Assembly: GCA_963735595.1 (NCBI GenBank)
Contig: CAVTLK010000005.1
Span: 768,001-832,000 of the forward strand
DNA: 64,000 bases
Source of the DNA: an uncultured delta proteobacterium
Lineage (GTDB): Bacteria; Desulfobacterota; Zymogenia; Zymogenales; Zymogenaceae
Direction of reading: 5' to 3'
The position numbers and the translations under genes are program-made. Of the stretch, positions 29,663 to 41,526 are shown piece after piece. The notes under the pieces are model-generated. The model was given only the letters and a program-made list of their open reading frames with translations. It had not been told where the DNA came from and searched no databases. Position 1 is the stretch's first letter; each line of letters starts with the position of its first letter.

Positions 29663-30937
29663 TTATTCCTTTTCGAGGGCATGATCTCCGACCTTTTCTA
29701 CGTCGGCCGGGTAGTGGCGGGAGCCGAAAAAGAACAGGGCGCCCCCGACAAAACCGCCAAGAGACATAATCATCAGCGCGCTCCGGAGACCTTCGGCGCC
29801 CCCGCCTAACGAATCCGAGATCACCCCTACCAACATCGGGGCCCAGCCGCCGCCCAGGACATACATGACGAAGACCGCCATGCCCCAGGCCATGCTTTTG
29901 AGCCCTGCCTTCACGACGTCCTGCGTGATGGACGCCAGGGCCGGCAGTGCAGACATTGTGAAGAAGCACCAGACGAGCGCAAGCCCGAACCCGACGCCGG
30001 CCACGTTCAACAAAAGGGCGACGATGATGAAGAGGGCCGCCGCGGCGTCGGCCAGGGCCGCCCATAGCATCCTTCCGCGGGGGCTTTTCTTCTGCCAGAA
30101 GTCGGCCAGGAGACCTCCGAGGGGAGCGCCGAAAACCGCCATGAGGCTGATGATCCCCAGCAGCATCCCGGCCTTATCCTCGGCAATGCTCCGCGACCGC
30201 ATAAAATAGGCCGAGAGCCAGGTAAGAAGCGAGAAGGCCATGACGTTGTGCATGACGTGCCCGAGGTAAAGCCACCTGAGGGTTGGGATACGGAAGAGGG
30301 CGGCGGCCGAGGAGAAGAAGCCGAGCCGGTTTCCGGCCGCGTCCACTTCGTCGGCCGTTTTGTAGTCCCTCAGGAAGAACGCCGCCACGCCGAGGATGAT
30401 CCCCGGCACGGCAAACACGAAAAACGGGGTCTGCCAGCCATACTTCTTGGAGAGGACCCCGCCGAGGACGACTCCGAGCACCGCCCCGAGGCCGGAGAAG
30501 AGAGAAAAGATGCCTAAAACTGCGGCCCTCGACCGGCTCGGATAGGACGCAGACACCATAGCGGTGCCGCCGGCGGTGAAGCCGGCCTCACCCACGCCGA
30601 CAATTGCGCGGGGGACGACTACGCCCAGGAAGCTTCTTCCCAGGCCGGTCAGGTAGGTGAAGACGCTCCAAATGACGGCCATAAGCGCTACCGCCTTTCT
30701 CCTGCTCCAGCGGTCGGCGAGATAGGCTACCGGAAACGAGAAGAGGGCAATACCCAGCAGGAAGATCGTCTGGACGGCCCCCGCCTGGAAGTCGTTGAGC
30801 CCCAGATCGATGCGCATTGGTTCGAGTACCGCCGACAGGACCTGTCGGTCCATGAAATTGACCAGGTACAACAGAGACATAACTACCAGCACCATATGGG
30901 CGCCGATCCCCCCTGCCGCATACTCTTTTTCCTTCAT
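29663..30937 (-). CDS. Spinster-like MFS transporter
   Basis: NFMDRQ, ADRWSRR, RAIVGVGEA; about 12 TM segments. Confidence 0.9.
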   Translation of the reverse strand: MKEKEYAAGGIGAHMVLVVMSLLYLVNFMDRQVLSAVLEPMRIDLGLNDFQAGAVQTIFLLGIALFSFPVAYLADRWSRRKAVALMAVIWSVFTYLTGLGRSFLGVVVPRAIVGVGEAGFTAGGTAMVSASYPSRSRAAVLGIFSLFSGLGAVLGVVLGGVLSKKYGWQTPFFVFAVPGIILGVAAFFLRDYKTADEVDAAGNRLGFFSSAAALFRIPTLRWLYLGHVMHNVMAFSLLTWLSAYFMRSRSIAEDKAGMLLGIISLMAVFGAPLGGLLADFWQKKSPRGRMLWAALADAAAALFIIVALLLNVAGVGFGLALVWCFFTMSALPALASITQDVVKAGLKSMAWGMAVFVMYVLGGGWAPMLVGVISDSLGGGAEGLRSALMIMSLGGFVGGALFFFGSRHYPADVEKVGDHALEKE

Positions 30938-31159
30938 ACCTGCACCTCTATATAAATGGAATTAGATAATCTGTACTATAATAAGTTACTTATCGAAACT
31001 TAACTATACGGTCGGGAGGGCCGTTTTTCAAGTTAAAAGTTGTGACGACGGCCAAGTTGCGCTATAGTATCTAACACATATGAATAGTCGCCTTTGATCT
31101 CCCGGCCACCGGTATCCGCCGGCCGATCAAAGGCCGGAAACTTCCGAAAGGATAACGAT

Positions 31160-32038
31160 ATGGATAGTTCCCGTAGTAAGAGCCTCGCCATAGTTTTCGT
31201 TTTGTTCCTTGCGGTATCCTGCGCCGGCCTGCCGGTCTCTCAGACGCCTACGACGCCCCCGCTCTGGTCCACCCCCGTCTTCGAACGGCTCCTGGCCGCC
31301 GTCGACGGGGCCGAGGGGCCGCCCTTTGATGCCATCAGGCAGATACTCGACGAACGGATAGTCCGCGCGCCCGTGTTTCCCCCCGCGACCGAAAAGATCC
31401 GGTCCGACGAGCTCTTCCTGCTCTCGCCCCGCAACACGGCGATCCGGCACTCCGCCTGGGACAGGACGTTTGCCTGGAACTGGGCCGAAGGCGGGAGCAG
31501 CTACATCCTGCACGCCTATTCGAAGGACGATGAGGTCTTCAGCCGGCGGATGGGGGACGCCCGCCACGCGTTCGTGTCCGAGCATGACGCACCATTTGTC
31601 CCCGGGGTCGTCTATTCGTGGGACGTGTCTCTGTGCGTCGAGCGGTGTAACCTGCACCTTTCGTCACGGGCGGCGCTTCGGCCGACGTTCCTAATCCTTT
31701 CGGCGGCACAAATCGTGGCGATTGAAAACAACCTCTCGGCGGTGGCCGCGTGGTGTGAGGGGGCGGGGATCGCCCGATCCGAGGAAGGGATTGCCCTTTC
31801 CGCGCTCACGCTGGAGTCGGGGCGTCTCCTGCTGGAAGAACAACTGCTGCTCGTAAAAGAGCTGAAAAAACGGCCGAACTCGGTGCTGCTGCACCTGATC
31901 TACTCGGGGGCGCTCTCTGCGATGAACTCACCATACGGCGCCCGGGATGAATACGAGAAGGCCCGGAAGCTGTACGAAAAGGAAGCGGGAACGCCGCTAC
32001 CGGCAAACTCGCCGGCCGTCCCTGCCGGAAATGAGTAG
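31160..32038 (+). CDS. Hypothetical lipoprotein with C-terminal TPR-like helices
   Basis: Signal peptide with lipobox-like LAVSC. Overlaps the next gene's start (ATGA). Confidence 0.6.
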   Translation: MDSSRSKSLAIVFVLFLAVSCAGLPVSQTPTTPPLWSTPVFERLLAAVDGAEGPPFDAIRQILDERIVRAPVFPPATEKIRSDELFLLSPRNTAIRHSAWDRTFAWNWAEGGSSYILHAYSKDDEVFSRRMGDARHAFVSEHDAPFVPGVVYSWDVSLCVERCNLHLSSRAALRPTFLILSAAQIVAIENNLSAVAAWCEGAGIARSEEGIALSALTLESGRLLLEEQLLLVKELKKRPNSVLLHLIYSGALSAMNSPYGARDEYEKARKLYEKEAGTPLPANSPAVPAGNE

Positions 32039-32867
32039 CAGGACGCTCGATACTATCCTTTCGGCAACCGCGGACGAGATCGCCGGTTGTCCGGGCGTCA
32101 GCGTCGAGATCGTCGGAGACGACGACGCCCTCTCGCGACGTTTCGCGGGCGAGATGACCGGCCAGATCGGACAGGGCAACCGGCTCGGGAAGCCCACGTC
32201 CCTGATCCTTCCCGTCGGGCCGCGGGGCGGGTATCCGGTCTTCGTAGACGCGGTCAGGCGGGAGCTGCTGGACCTCTCCCACACGAGCTTCTTCTTCATG
32301 GATGAATACGTCGGCGGCGACGGCCGGTATATCCCACAGAATCATCCCCTCTCGTTTCGCGGCTTCGTACAGGCACACCTGATCCGGCCGCTTTCGGGGC
32401 ACCCCGGGTTTAATCCCGCACGGGTCCACTTCCCCGACCCCGAAGACCCCGGCCGGTACGGCAGGTCCATCGGGGAGGCCGGAGGAATCGACCTGGCCTT
32501 ATGTGGCGCAGGGATCGACGGGCACGTTGCCTTCAACGAGCCCGAGCCGGGCATGGACATCGAGGAGTTTTCGAAACTGCCCACCCGCGTCGTTGATCTG
32601 ACACCCGAGACCCGCACCGTCAACGCGCTGATGGCGGCGGGCGGGGCGATAGAACTGGTCCCCCGCCGGGCGGTCACGGTCGGGATGGCCGAGATCCTGG
32701 TGGCGCGGCGGGTCGTGGTCTTCATGAACCGGGGATGGCAGCGTGCCGTGGTCAGGCGATTTCTGTTCGGGGAGATAACGGCGGCGTTTCCGGTTTCGCT
32801 GTTGCGCGGACATTCCGGCCTTTCGGTGGTTATTACCGCGGAAGTCTCCGCGCCGCTACCCGTATGA
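32031..32867 (+). CDS. nagB: Glucosamine-6-phosphate deaminase/isomerase family protein
   Basis: PVGP, FFMDEY, HPLSF, GIDGHVAFNEP, AVTVGM. Confidence 0.75.
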   Translation: MSSRTLDTILSATADEIAGCPGVSVEIVGDDDALSRRFAGEMTGQIGQGNRLGKPTSLILPVGPRGGYPVFVDAVRRELLDLSHTSFFFMDEYVGGDGRYIPQNHPLSFRGFVQAHLIRPLSGHPGFNPARVHFPDPEDPGRYGRSIGEAGGIDLALCGAGIDGHVAFNEPEPGMDIEEFSKLPTRVVDLTPETRTVNALMAAGGAIELVPRRAVTVGMAEILVARRVVVFMNRGWQRAVVRRFLFGEITAAFPVSLLRGHSGLSVVITAEVSAPLPV

Positions 32868-32883
32868 AAATGCAATAGACATC

Positions 32884-33543
32884 ATGAGTAGATCCGTCAA
32901 GGTCAGACAACTAAAAGACGGCTCGGCGGCGTCCGTCCCGTTCCGCATTGACCTCCACGTCCACACGAAGATCGGCTCGCCCTGCGCGTTCTACGATCCG
33001 CTGGAGATCCCGCGTTACGCCCGGGCCGCGGGTCTTTCCGGCGCCGTGATCACCGACCACAACTTCGGGTGGGCTGAAAACGCGCTCTCGCCCGACGCCT
33101 ACGCGAACCTTGCGGCCGCATTCGCCCAACGGGGATTGCTGATGATGGTCGGCATGGAGGTCTCGACGGTCGAGGGGGATATCCTGGTCTACCCCCCGGA
33201 CATTACGGCCCTGATGGGGGCGCTGCCGGGCGGGTTCGGCCGGATGGACTTTACGGTGGACGAGGTGATGGAGGCGGCCGGCCGAATCGGGGCGCTGGCG
33301 GTGTTGGCCCACCCCCACCGTTACCCGAAGACACCTCCCCACGCTATCGAGCGGTTCAACGGAGCCCGGGGGGCGTTCTACAACCCGTACGGCGTCCCGG
33401 AGGTGGGCGGGAGCGACGCGCACTTCCCCTGGGGCGCGGGGGCGGCCTACACGGAGTTTGAGGAAAGGATCACCGGGATTACGGATCTCATCGGGCTGGT
33501 GCGGGAAGGGAAGTGCCGGCCGGGCAGGAGGAAGAGCCAATAG
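32884..33543 (+). CDS. PHP domain phosphoesterase
   Basis: DLHVHT, ITDH, GMEVS, AHP, GGSDAH. Confidence 0.88.
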   Translation: MSRSVKVRQLKDGSAASVPFRIDLHVHTKIGSPCAFYDPLEIPRYARAAGLSGAVITDHNFGWAENALSPDAYANLAAAFAQRGLLMMVGMEVSTVEGDILVYPPDITALMGALPGGFGRMDFTVDEVMEAAGRIGALAVLAHPHRYPKTPPHAIERFNGARGAFYNPYGVPEVGGSDAHFPWGAGAAYTEFEERITGITDLIGLVREGKCRPGRRKSQ

Positions 33544-33552
33544 AGGTATGGA

Positions 33553-35095
33553 TTAGTCCTCGCTCCGGCCCCAGGGCATGACCTCGAAGAGATAGATATT
33601 GCAGATCGATTCCGAATAGGGATAGGTGATCTTGAGGAACCTGGCCGAAAACCGCCGGTCGGTCAGCACGACACGCTCGGCATTCCGCGCGGGTTCGTCG
33701 GTTCCCGTGGTGGCGATATAGCTCCTCACAATGCAGGTGTCCACCCGTTTCTCCTCTCCGGAAAACTCCCCGCTGTCGGACGCATACAGGCAGAGCCGGT
33801 TTTTTGACGGTACGATATCGGGTTTGGTTACGGCGGCCACGATCTCGATTCCGTCCACGCTCCGCTCTCGGCCGAAGTCGATCGTCCACTCGCCGTTGCG
33901 CGGCAGGGTATAGGGAGTCGACGGGTCACCATCGGCCGCCGCCCCGGCGGTATAGGGGTCCGATCCCCCGGTTCCAAAGGGCCCGGCGCCTGCCGCCGTC
34001 AGGATGTTGAACTTATCGCCGGGGGCCGCCATGCGAAATTCGTCGGCCTGCCTGCCGGCCTCGGCGGCCGTCTCAAAATCGGCCTCTTCAAAATCATCTC
34101 TCGTCAGCGAAATGTCCGCCGACAGACCCGAGAGATCGCCCCGATACCTGAGACCGACGAAACGGGCCTTCGTGGCCCATCCGCGTAGTACCTTTGCCAC
34201 GGCGGGCGACAGCGCCACCCGGTCGGGCATGGCAATCGGAAAAGATACCGGGTGATCCCCGGGATACGTCAGGGGATTGTATTTCTTGAGGAGGTGCGGG
34301 TATTTTGAAAAATCGACCGCGTCGGGTATTTTGTAGGAAAGAGGGGCAAAGCTAAAGGGAACCGCGCCTTTCTTCGGCGATCCGGGGGCGACCAGAAAGA
34401 GGTCGACCGCCGACGTACCGGACGTCCGGGAAGAGATGAGGAGGGGAACGAAGAGGGAGTCGGCCTCGAACCGGAGCACGAGTGGATCTACTACCGCCTT
34501 TTTTTCGCCGACGGTAACCACGTCAAAGACGAAATACTTTATGTTGCGCGAAAGGTAATCGGTGACGACGGACCGGTACCGCTCGATCTGGGGGGCGGGA
34601 TTCTCGAACGCCGCCCCGCGTCATGAGATCGGCCACCCACCGCTCAAACTCCTCAAAACTCTCTATCCTGACTACGTAGATATCGCGCGGACCGACCGTG
34701 GTCTCGGAGATGAGCTCAACGCCGAGATCGGCGCGCTTGTCGGTCTTCCTGCCGTCGATGACAACACTGAGCAGGGGGGCCTTCTTAGTCAGGAGCGCAT
34801 CCAGGCGCGAGACCGCCTCGCGCGACGTCCCCTCGACCGTGGGATACGTCGGGAGCGCGATAAACCTGATAACGGAAACCTCTCGTGAGGCGGCCAACTC
34901 CGCCGTCAGGATGAGTACTTCTTCGTTGCCACCCCACGCGGCGATGATCTCTTCCCGGGACTGGGACAGATAGACGTAGTCGTCGGTCATCGGGATAAGG
35001 GCATGTCCGGCATGAGAAGGAGTCGGGAGGGAGAAAGCCAGCGCACAAACGAAAAAGATCGCTACGACGAACGGCACCGAGGGAGGGCGTTTCAT
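33553..35095 (-). pseudogene. Secreted DUF2330-like protein with C-terminal discoidin-like domain, frameshifted near 34520-34610
   Basis: Signal peptide, IIAAWGGNEEVLIL, PLVLRF...VPLLIS, AADGDPST...ARFLKI. Two ORFs (34523-35095, 33553-34521). Confidence 0.55.
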
Positions 35096-35292
35096 GTTTA
35101 TTCTTCTTTCGGGAAGGGTATTTTTGGATTCCTCCAAATGTATACCTTTTATACCTTTTCCCGAAAATGTCAAGGAAATCTTTACTATGACTCCCGATTA
35201 CGGCCGCCCCGCGCCGCCATCCATTTCCTTTGACATCGGTCACGTATCGTGCTATAGGCGATGGATAGTAATACTACAGAGGAGGAGTCGCT

Positions 35293-36953
35293 ATGACGCA
35301 GGTTCACGGCGGTCATCTGGTAGTCAAATCCCTCGAACAACAGGGGGTTACCCACCTGTTTACGTTGTGCGGCGGGCACATCGACAAAATCCTTGATGCG
35401 CTTTCGGGAAGCCCCATCCGCGTTATCGACGTGCGCCACGAGCAGGCGGCGGCCATGATGGCCCAGGGGTGGTCAATGGCCACCGGCAGGCTCGGCGTCT
35501 GCCTGGTCACGGCGGGTCCCGGCCTGACCAACGCCATCACGGGGGTTGTGGACGCGATGGCGTCCCACATCCCGATACTGGTGATCTCGGGGCGCAGCCC
35601 CCGAAAGGAAAACGACCTGGGCGCCCTGCAGGATATCGACCAGGCGGCGCTCATGCGGTCGATCACGAAGGCGGCGTTTATCGTCAACGACACCCAGCGT
35701 ATCCCCGAGTATATCGCGACGGCCTTCCGCTTTGCGCTGTCCGATCGCCCCGGCCCGGTCTACCTGGAGATCCCGGTGGACATCCTCGGGCAGAAGGTGG
35801 AGCTTGAGTCGGTCCCCTTCGGGGCGACGGGCCGGACCGAATATAAACCCGCGGGCGATCCGCGGGCGATAGCCGAGGCGGCCACATTGCTGGCCGGGGC
35901 GCAACGGCCACTCATCATCGGCGGAGGCGGCCTCCGCTGGGGAGAGGGCGGCGGTGCGCTGCAGCGTCTGGTCGAAAAGACGAAGATTCCCTTTATCCTG
36001 CTCAACGAAGGGCGGGGTATGGTCCCGGACGATCACCCGCTCTCACTGTGGGACGGGGGGTTGATGGGATTGACGGTCGGCGGCCGCCCAGTGCGACGTT
36101 GCGCTGATCGCCGGCCTGCGGATGACCTGGCTGACGATGTACGGCAAGATGCTGCCGACGGCAAAGGTCATCCGGGTGGATATCGCCGGATGCGAGGTCG
36201 GCAAGAACCTTCCTCACGAGGTGGGGATCGTCGGGGACGCCGGGCTGGTGCTGTCCGCGCTGGCCGACGGCATCGGGAAATGCGATCACTCGGCCTGGGC
36301 CGCAACAGATCCGCGAATCGTCCGTGGGGCTGATGGCCGACGAAAACGGCAAGAAGCAGGGAGACGATCCGCCGATCCATCCGGTCAGGTTGGTCTCGGA
36401 CGTCTATACCGTCTTCGGCAAGCGAGGCGGTATACGCCACCGACGGCGGGGACATTACCTATTTTTCCCAGATGCACCTGCGGTCCGGGGGGCCGGGGAG
36501 ATTTCTATCCAACGGCGGAAACCTCATGGGGTGCCTCGGCAGCGGCATTCCCTTCGGTATCGTCGGCAAGCTCGCGCATCCCGACAGGGATCTCGGTCGT
36601 GATAAACGGCGACGGGTCCTTCGGGCTCAACGGGATGGAGATCGAGACGGCGGTGCGGCTCAATATCCCGGTCATCATCGTCGTGGCCAACGACCAGGCC
36701 TGGGGGATGGTCAAACACGGGCAGGAGCTTCAGTACGGCCGGGTCGTGGGGACCGAACCTCGGGCCGGTGCGTTACGACCTGATGGCCGCGGGGCTGGGG
36801 GCACACGGGGAGTTTGTCACCGAGCCCAAAGAGATCATCCCGGCGCTGAAACGGGCAAAGGCGTCGGGAAAGGTCGCGGTGGTCAACGTGATCACCGACC
36901 CCACTATCACCAGCCCGGCGACGCACCTGTTTGTGGCGGGGTTGAACGCGTGA
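35293..36953 (+). pseudogene. Thiamine-diphosphate-dependent enzyme (acetolactate synthase/2-hydroxyacyl-CoA lyase-like), several frameshifts
   Basis: TLCGGHI, RHEQAA, TAGPG, PGPVYL and GDGSFG...NDQAWG, spread across frames after ~36080. Confidence 0.82.
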
Positions 36954-37261
36954 CCCGTAGGCGGCGGAGATACGGCATAGACGAAAGGGCCGATAGACGG
37001 ACGCTGTACAGTCAGATATCATCCGGCACGGATAACCCTCGGTTACCCGTGCCGAGGTACGTGGGATGCAACGGGGGTACGTGACCCGTTATCCCGGTTG
37101 ATCGTTTGCGAATGCGTGCATAAAAAAATGGTTGACAAGATAGTCTGCAAAATAGAAATATAATATAAAATTCAAACAAAATATCAGCTTTTCTGTACGG
37201 GTGTCTGCCGTCGAAGGGGTCTGTTCCAAGGCCGCCGGAGGGCGGCGGGCCGTCGACATGA

Positions 37262-37448
37262 GCAGGAATCGACACCACGCATCTGACGTTTTGTTTGCCG
37301 TTGTTACCGGTCCGGGGACATCCGAATACAGCAGAAGGGCTTAATCGGAGAGTTAACGGGGGATGGTTGAGCAGAGGCTTTGCCGCCCCTTTTTATGTGA
37401 GGTGCCGTTTACTCTGTCAGATGCGCCACCTGTCCTGATGATCCCTGC
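37262..37448 (+). ncRNA. Candidate structured leader/ncRNA upstream of the PxxKW gene
   Basis: Nested pairings GCAGGAATC/GATCCCTGC, GACA/TGTC and CGCATCTGAC (37278-87)/GTCAGATGCG (37416-25). Internal hairpin plus T-run at ~37358-37394. Confidence 0.4.
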
Positions 37449-37468
37449 CACAGAGGAGGAACGAAAAC

Positions 37469-37759
37469 ATGAACTGCACGACGATCAAAGACGGAGTAGA
37501 CTGCGTATTCATGACGAATGCCGGCTGCGGCTACAACGGGACGCGCTGCCACCCGATCACCGAACAATGCGAGGGCTGCGCCCGGATTAAGGAATATCCC
37601 ACGGGAAAATACTGCAGCGCCTCTCCGGATCCCGCCACCAAGTGGGTCAGGGGCTTGTGCAATATAGCCACCCATATCAAAAAAGAAGAGAAGGTCGAGG
37701 CCCTCAAGGTCAACCCCCTCAAGGCCTCCAAGCGGGCGGCGGCAGGCCGGAATAAATAG
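37469..37759 (+). CDS. PxxKW family cysteine-rich protein
   Basis: MNCTT..GVDCVFM...C..C.GC...YC...PATKW...CN.ATH...NPLKASKR. GAGGAGG RBS. Confidence 0.85.
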   Translation: MNCTTIKDGVDCVFMTNAGCGYNGTRCHPITEQCEGCARIKEYPTGKYCSASPDPATKWVRGLCNIATHIKKEEKVEALKVNPLKASKRAAAGRNK

Positions 37760-38080
37760 GCGGCTTATCGCCGACAAACGTCTGACGATCCCCTTGGAAT
37801 CGGCCCGATGTCCTGTCGGTTTATGGACCAGCGCCCTTCCTATCGCTGATGGGAACGCGACGGCGGTTCAATTCACACCGACAAGTACGTAATACTTGCC
37901 GGTGTTTTACTATCCGGGGCAAGCCGTTCCTTGTCCGTTTTCCCGCACGATCCGCTCCGGCGCCCTTTCGGCGGACGGGCGGTTCCGCGTATCGCCCGAT
38001 GCCGGCACCGCCGCTAAAAAAGCCTTGTCAAATATCCCGTTTTGTGGTTATCTGGTTTCACTGCCACCGGTGAGGAAGAC

Positions 38081-38929
38081 GTGACCCCGCACTACCCCGA
38101 CCTCAAGAACTCCGTAATCATCTGCGTCATCTTTCTTGTTTTTCAGATATATATCTCCCTTTTGCCGCGGCGGTCGCCGGAAGCAAGGGCCTCATAATCC
38201 TGACGAGCGTCGTGGTGCCGCCGCTGGTGATCCTGGGTATCGCCGCCCACATGAACGGGACGACGCTCAGGGCAACCCTTAGCCGGGGCCGGGTCGGACG
38301 CCGAACGGTTATCCCGGTTGTCCTCATGACGGTCTCTCTTGCCTTTATCATATCCGAGGTCGAAAACATCGTCATCCACTACCTGATTCCGGCCGACCTC
38401 TACCGGAGCTACCTCAAGCAATTCATGGATATCTTTTTCTTCGAGCGACCCGCCGATCTCGTGCTGGGGCTTGCCTCGATCGCGCTGGTCGGCCCCTTTA
38501 TGGAGGAGGCGGTCTTCCGCGGGGTTATTTTTCGCGGGATTACGTCCCACCGGGGGGCAGCGTACGCCGTCGCGGCGTCGTCCGTCCTGTTTATGGTGGT
38601 GCACGTCAACCCCCTCCAGTTTCCGGGGGCGCTGATCTCGGGCCTCATCTACTCGACGATGATTTCCCGGGGCTACCGGATATGCCGATACCGTTGTCGC
38701 CCACAGCCTGCACAACACGATATCCCTGTTGTTCCTGTTCGAGATCGTCAAGCTGCCGGGGATGAACCTTACGCCGGGGGGGGCCGTGGGCCATGTGTCG
38801 ATCTGGATCGTGGCGGGCGGCGCGATCGTCTTTGCGGCGGCCTTTTCTCTGATCATCCGATGGGCGCCGGGTCACCAGAGACCGCCGGCGTATACGGGAC
38901 AGCCCGGTACCCGGATTCCGACAGAGTAA
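38081..38929 (+). pseudogene. CPBP (CAAX/Abi) intramembrane glutamic endopeptidase, frameshifted
   Basis: EEAVFRG, FMVVH and H..HN motifs. GTG start at 38081; frameshifts near 38160 and 38690. Confidence 0.75.
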
Positions 38930-39022
38930 CCGATGCGCGTATGGCAGTCCGGCGGATCGTCCCTTGGGTCGGCCGGATGTGTCGGACATGTGTCCGTTAA
39001 TACGAGAAGTGGAGGTATACAT

Positions 39023-41419
39023 ATGAAGGTCGTCAAAATTTCCGTCTATCGCGATCGTGGGCATTATCGCCGTCGCGTTTATCGCCTTTCAGGTCTTCTT
39101 CCGTCTGCCGCTGCCCGAACTATTCGGGCACCATCGAGATCGCCGGGCTTAACGCGCCCGTCGAGGTGCGGTTTGACGAATTTGCCGTCCCCCATATCCT
39201 GGCCGAGAACGAGCACGACCTCTTCTTCGCCCAGGGCTACATCACCGCGCGGGAGCGGATGTTCGAGATGGACATCACGCGCCTGGCCGGCAGGGGCGAG
39301 CTGTGCACGCTGTTCGGAGACAGCACCATCAAGGAGGATCGATACCTGAAGACGGCGGACTTCTACCGGATGGCCCAGGCCGAATACGCCCGACCCTCCC
39401 CGCGTGGGTGAAGGACGTGTCGATGCGTATACCGACGGGGTTAACGCCTACCTCGATTCGGCAAAGCACCTTCCGCGTGAGTACGCGATCCTCGGGGCCG
39501 AACCCGTGCCCTGGGAACCGGAGGATACGATACTGGCGGCCATCCTGATGGGCTTTTCGCTCGAAACGTCCGTCGATGCGGATTTCTCGTTCTACCGGAT
39601 CGGTGAGCATATCGGGCCGGAACGGCTCTCGTACTCTGCTGCCTTCGTATCCCGATTTTGCCCCGACGATCTCGCCGGACGACAGGACGCCGGGTCGCCG
39701 GCGCGATCGCCAGAGCACGTCCGCGCTCTTTCCGTCTTCCGGCCGCGGTCCGGCGGGGTAAATCCCTTCACGGCCCGTCGGCCGGATCATCGGGAGCAAC
39801 TGGATGATCTTCGGGCCGGCGCGGACCATCAACGGGCGCGGCGATCTTTGCCGGAAGCCCGGACCTCGCCCCCCAGATCCCGGCGATCTTTTACCTGGCG
39901 CACCTCAAGGGCGCGGGTTACGACGTGATCGGCGGGTCGGTGCCGGGCGCGCCGGGCATCGCCCCCTCGGCTACAACGGGCACATCGCCTGGTCGGCCAT
40001 CGCATCCCAGCTGGACTGCCTTGACTTTTTCGTCGAAAAGATCAACCCCGATAACCCGGACCAGTACCTGACCGAGAACGGCTGGAAGGACTTCGAGATC
40101 GTCGAGGAGACGCTGAAGATCAAGACCGACGACGGCATTAAGGAAGAGAAGATGACCGTGAAGATTTCCGCGTCACGGCCCCATCATCTCGGACGTGGAT
40201 TCACGCGCGCCGGAAAACTGCGCCATGATGTGGACGGGAAGCTCGGGCACCGGGGCCTTTGAGGGATTTCTGAAACTTGACCGGGCCACGAACTACGACG
40301 AGTTCCGGGACGGCGCTTTCCGGCGTGGCCCAGCCGGAGCTGGTCATGGGGTACGCCGACAAAGACGGCAACATCGGCTACCAGAGCATCGCCAAGACCC
40401 CGATACGAAAGAGGGCGACGGGATACTGCCGGCCCCCGGCTGGGACGGGCAATACGACTGGGCGGGCTACGTGCCGTACGACGAGCTTCCGCACGACCTG
40501 AACCCCCGGGGCGGGGTATTTCGGCGGGTTCAACAACCTGGCCAAGCGGACGGGATGCGCTCAGCAATTTCTACTACTTCGAGCGCGCCGCCCGTTTTGC
40601 CGAGATCATGGGCGAACGGACGACGCCCCTTTCCCCCGACGACGTGAGGCAGCTGCAGCTCGAATCGCGTCTCGGTGGTGGCCAAGCGCCTGGTCCCCTA
40701 CGTCCTTTCGGCCGCAAAGGGCGACGAGGAGCTGGCCGAATATACGGCGCTCTTCGACGGGTGGGACTGTTCGCTGGATAAAGACAGCGCCGCCGCGGCG
40801 CTCTACGGCGCGTTTTACCTCCCCCTGTTGACCAATACCTTCAAGGACGAGTTCCCCGAGGATATCTGGAAGGAGCTGACCGACGCCGACATGGTCTATT
40901 TTGCCGACCAGGCGCTGGCAAAGCACATCGGGGAAAACGACTTCGCCCTGTTTGACGACTTGACGACAACAGACGTCGTCGAGACGCGCGACGAGATCAT
41001 CAGGAAGAGCCTCAACGACGCCGCGGCCGAGCTGACCGACCGCCTGGGGGACGATCCCGCACAGTGGCGGTGGGGCAGAGCTCCACGAGATGACGTTCGC
41101 CCACCCGCTGGGCGAGGTCCTCACGTTCCTGAACCTCCCGGCGATTCCCATGAGCGGGGACTTCTTCACGATCGGCGCGGCCAACTGGGGCATCAAAGAT
41201 CTGTACGACATGACCTACGGCGGCTGCATCGGATGATCGTCGACTTTTCCGACATTACGAAAATCGACCCTCGTCTCCCCGCCGGGCCAGTCGGGCCAGT
41301 ACCTCTCCCCCCACTACGGCGACCAGGTCGACGCGTGGCTCACCAACGACCAGATCCCGATGCACTATACGGACGCGGAAAGCTTGAAGGACGTGCTGGT
41401 GCTGACGCCGAAGAAATGA
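39023..41419 (+). pseudogene. Penicillin acylase family Ntn-hydrolase, many frameshifts
   Basis: VRFDEFAVPHI, FAQGY..ARER.FEMD, GSNWM nucleophile region (~39795), GYNGHIAW, YADKDGNIGY, WRWG, GQSG..LSPHY. Ends LTPKK*. Confidence 0.85.
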
Positions 41420-41442
41420 GATCAGCGCGATACGTGAGACGA

Positions 41443-41480
41443 AACGGGGCGGGCGACCTCATTGGGTCGCCCGCCCCGTT
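41443..41480. terminator. Bidirectional terminator
   Basis: 16-bp stem AACGGGGCGGGCGACC/GGTCGCCCGCCCCGTT between convergent genes. Confidence 0.8.
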
Positions 41481-41526
41481 CTTTATATTCCGTCCGTCCG
41501 AACCGTTCCGGCGACAGGAAACCTGC

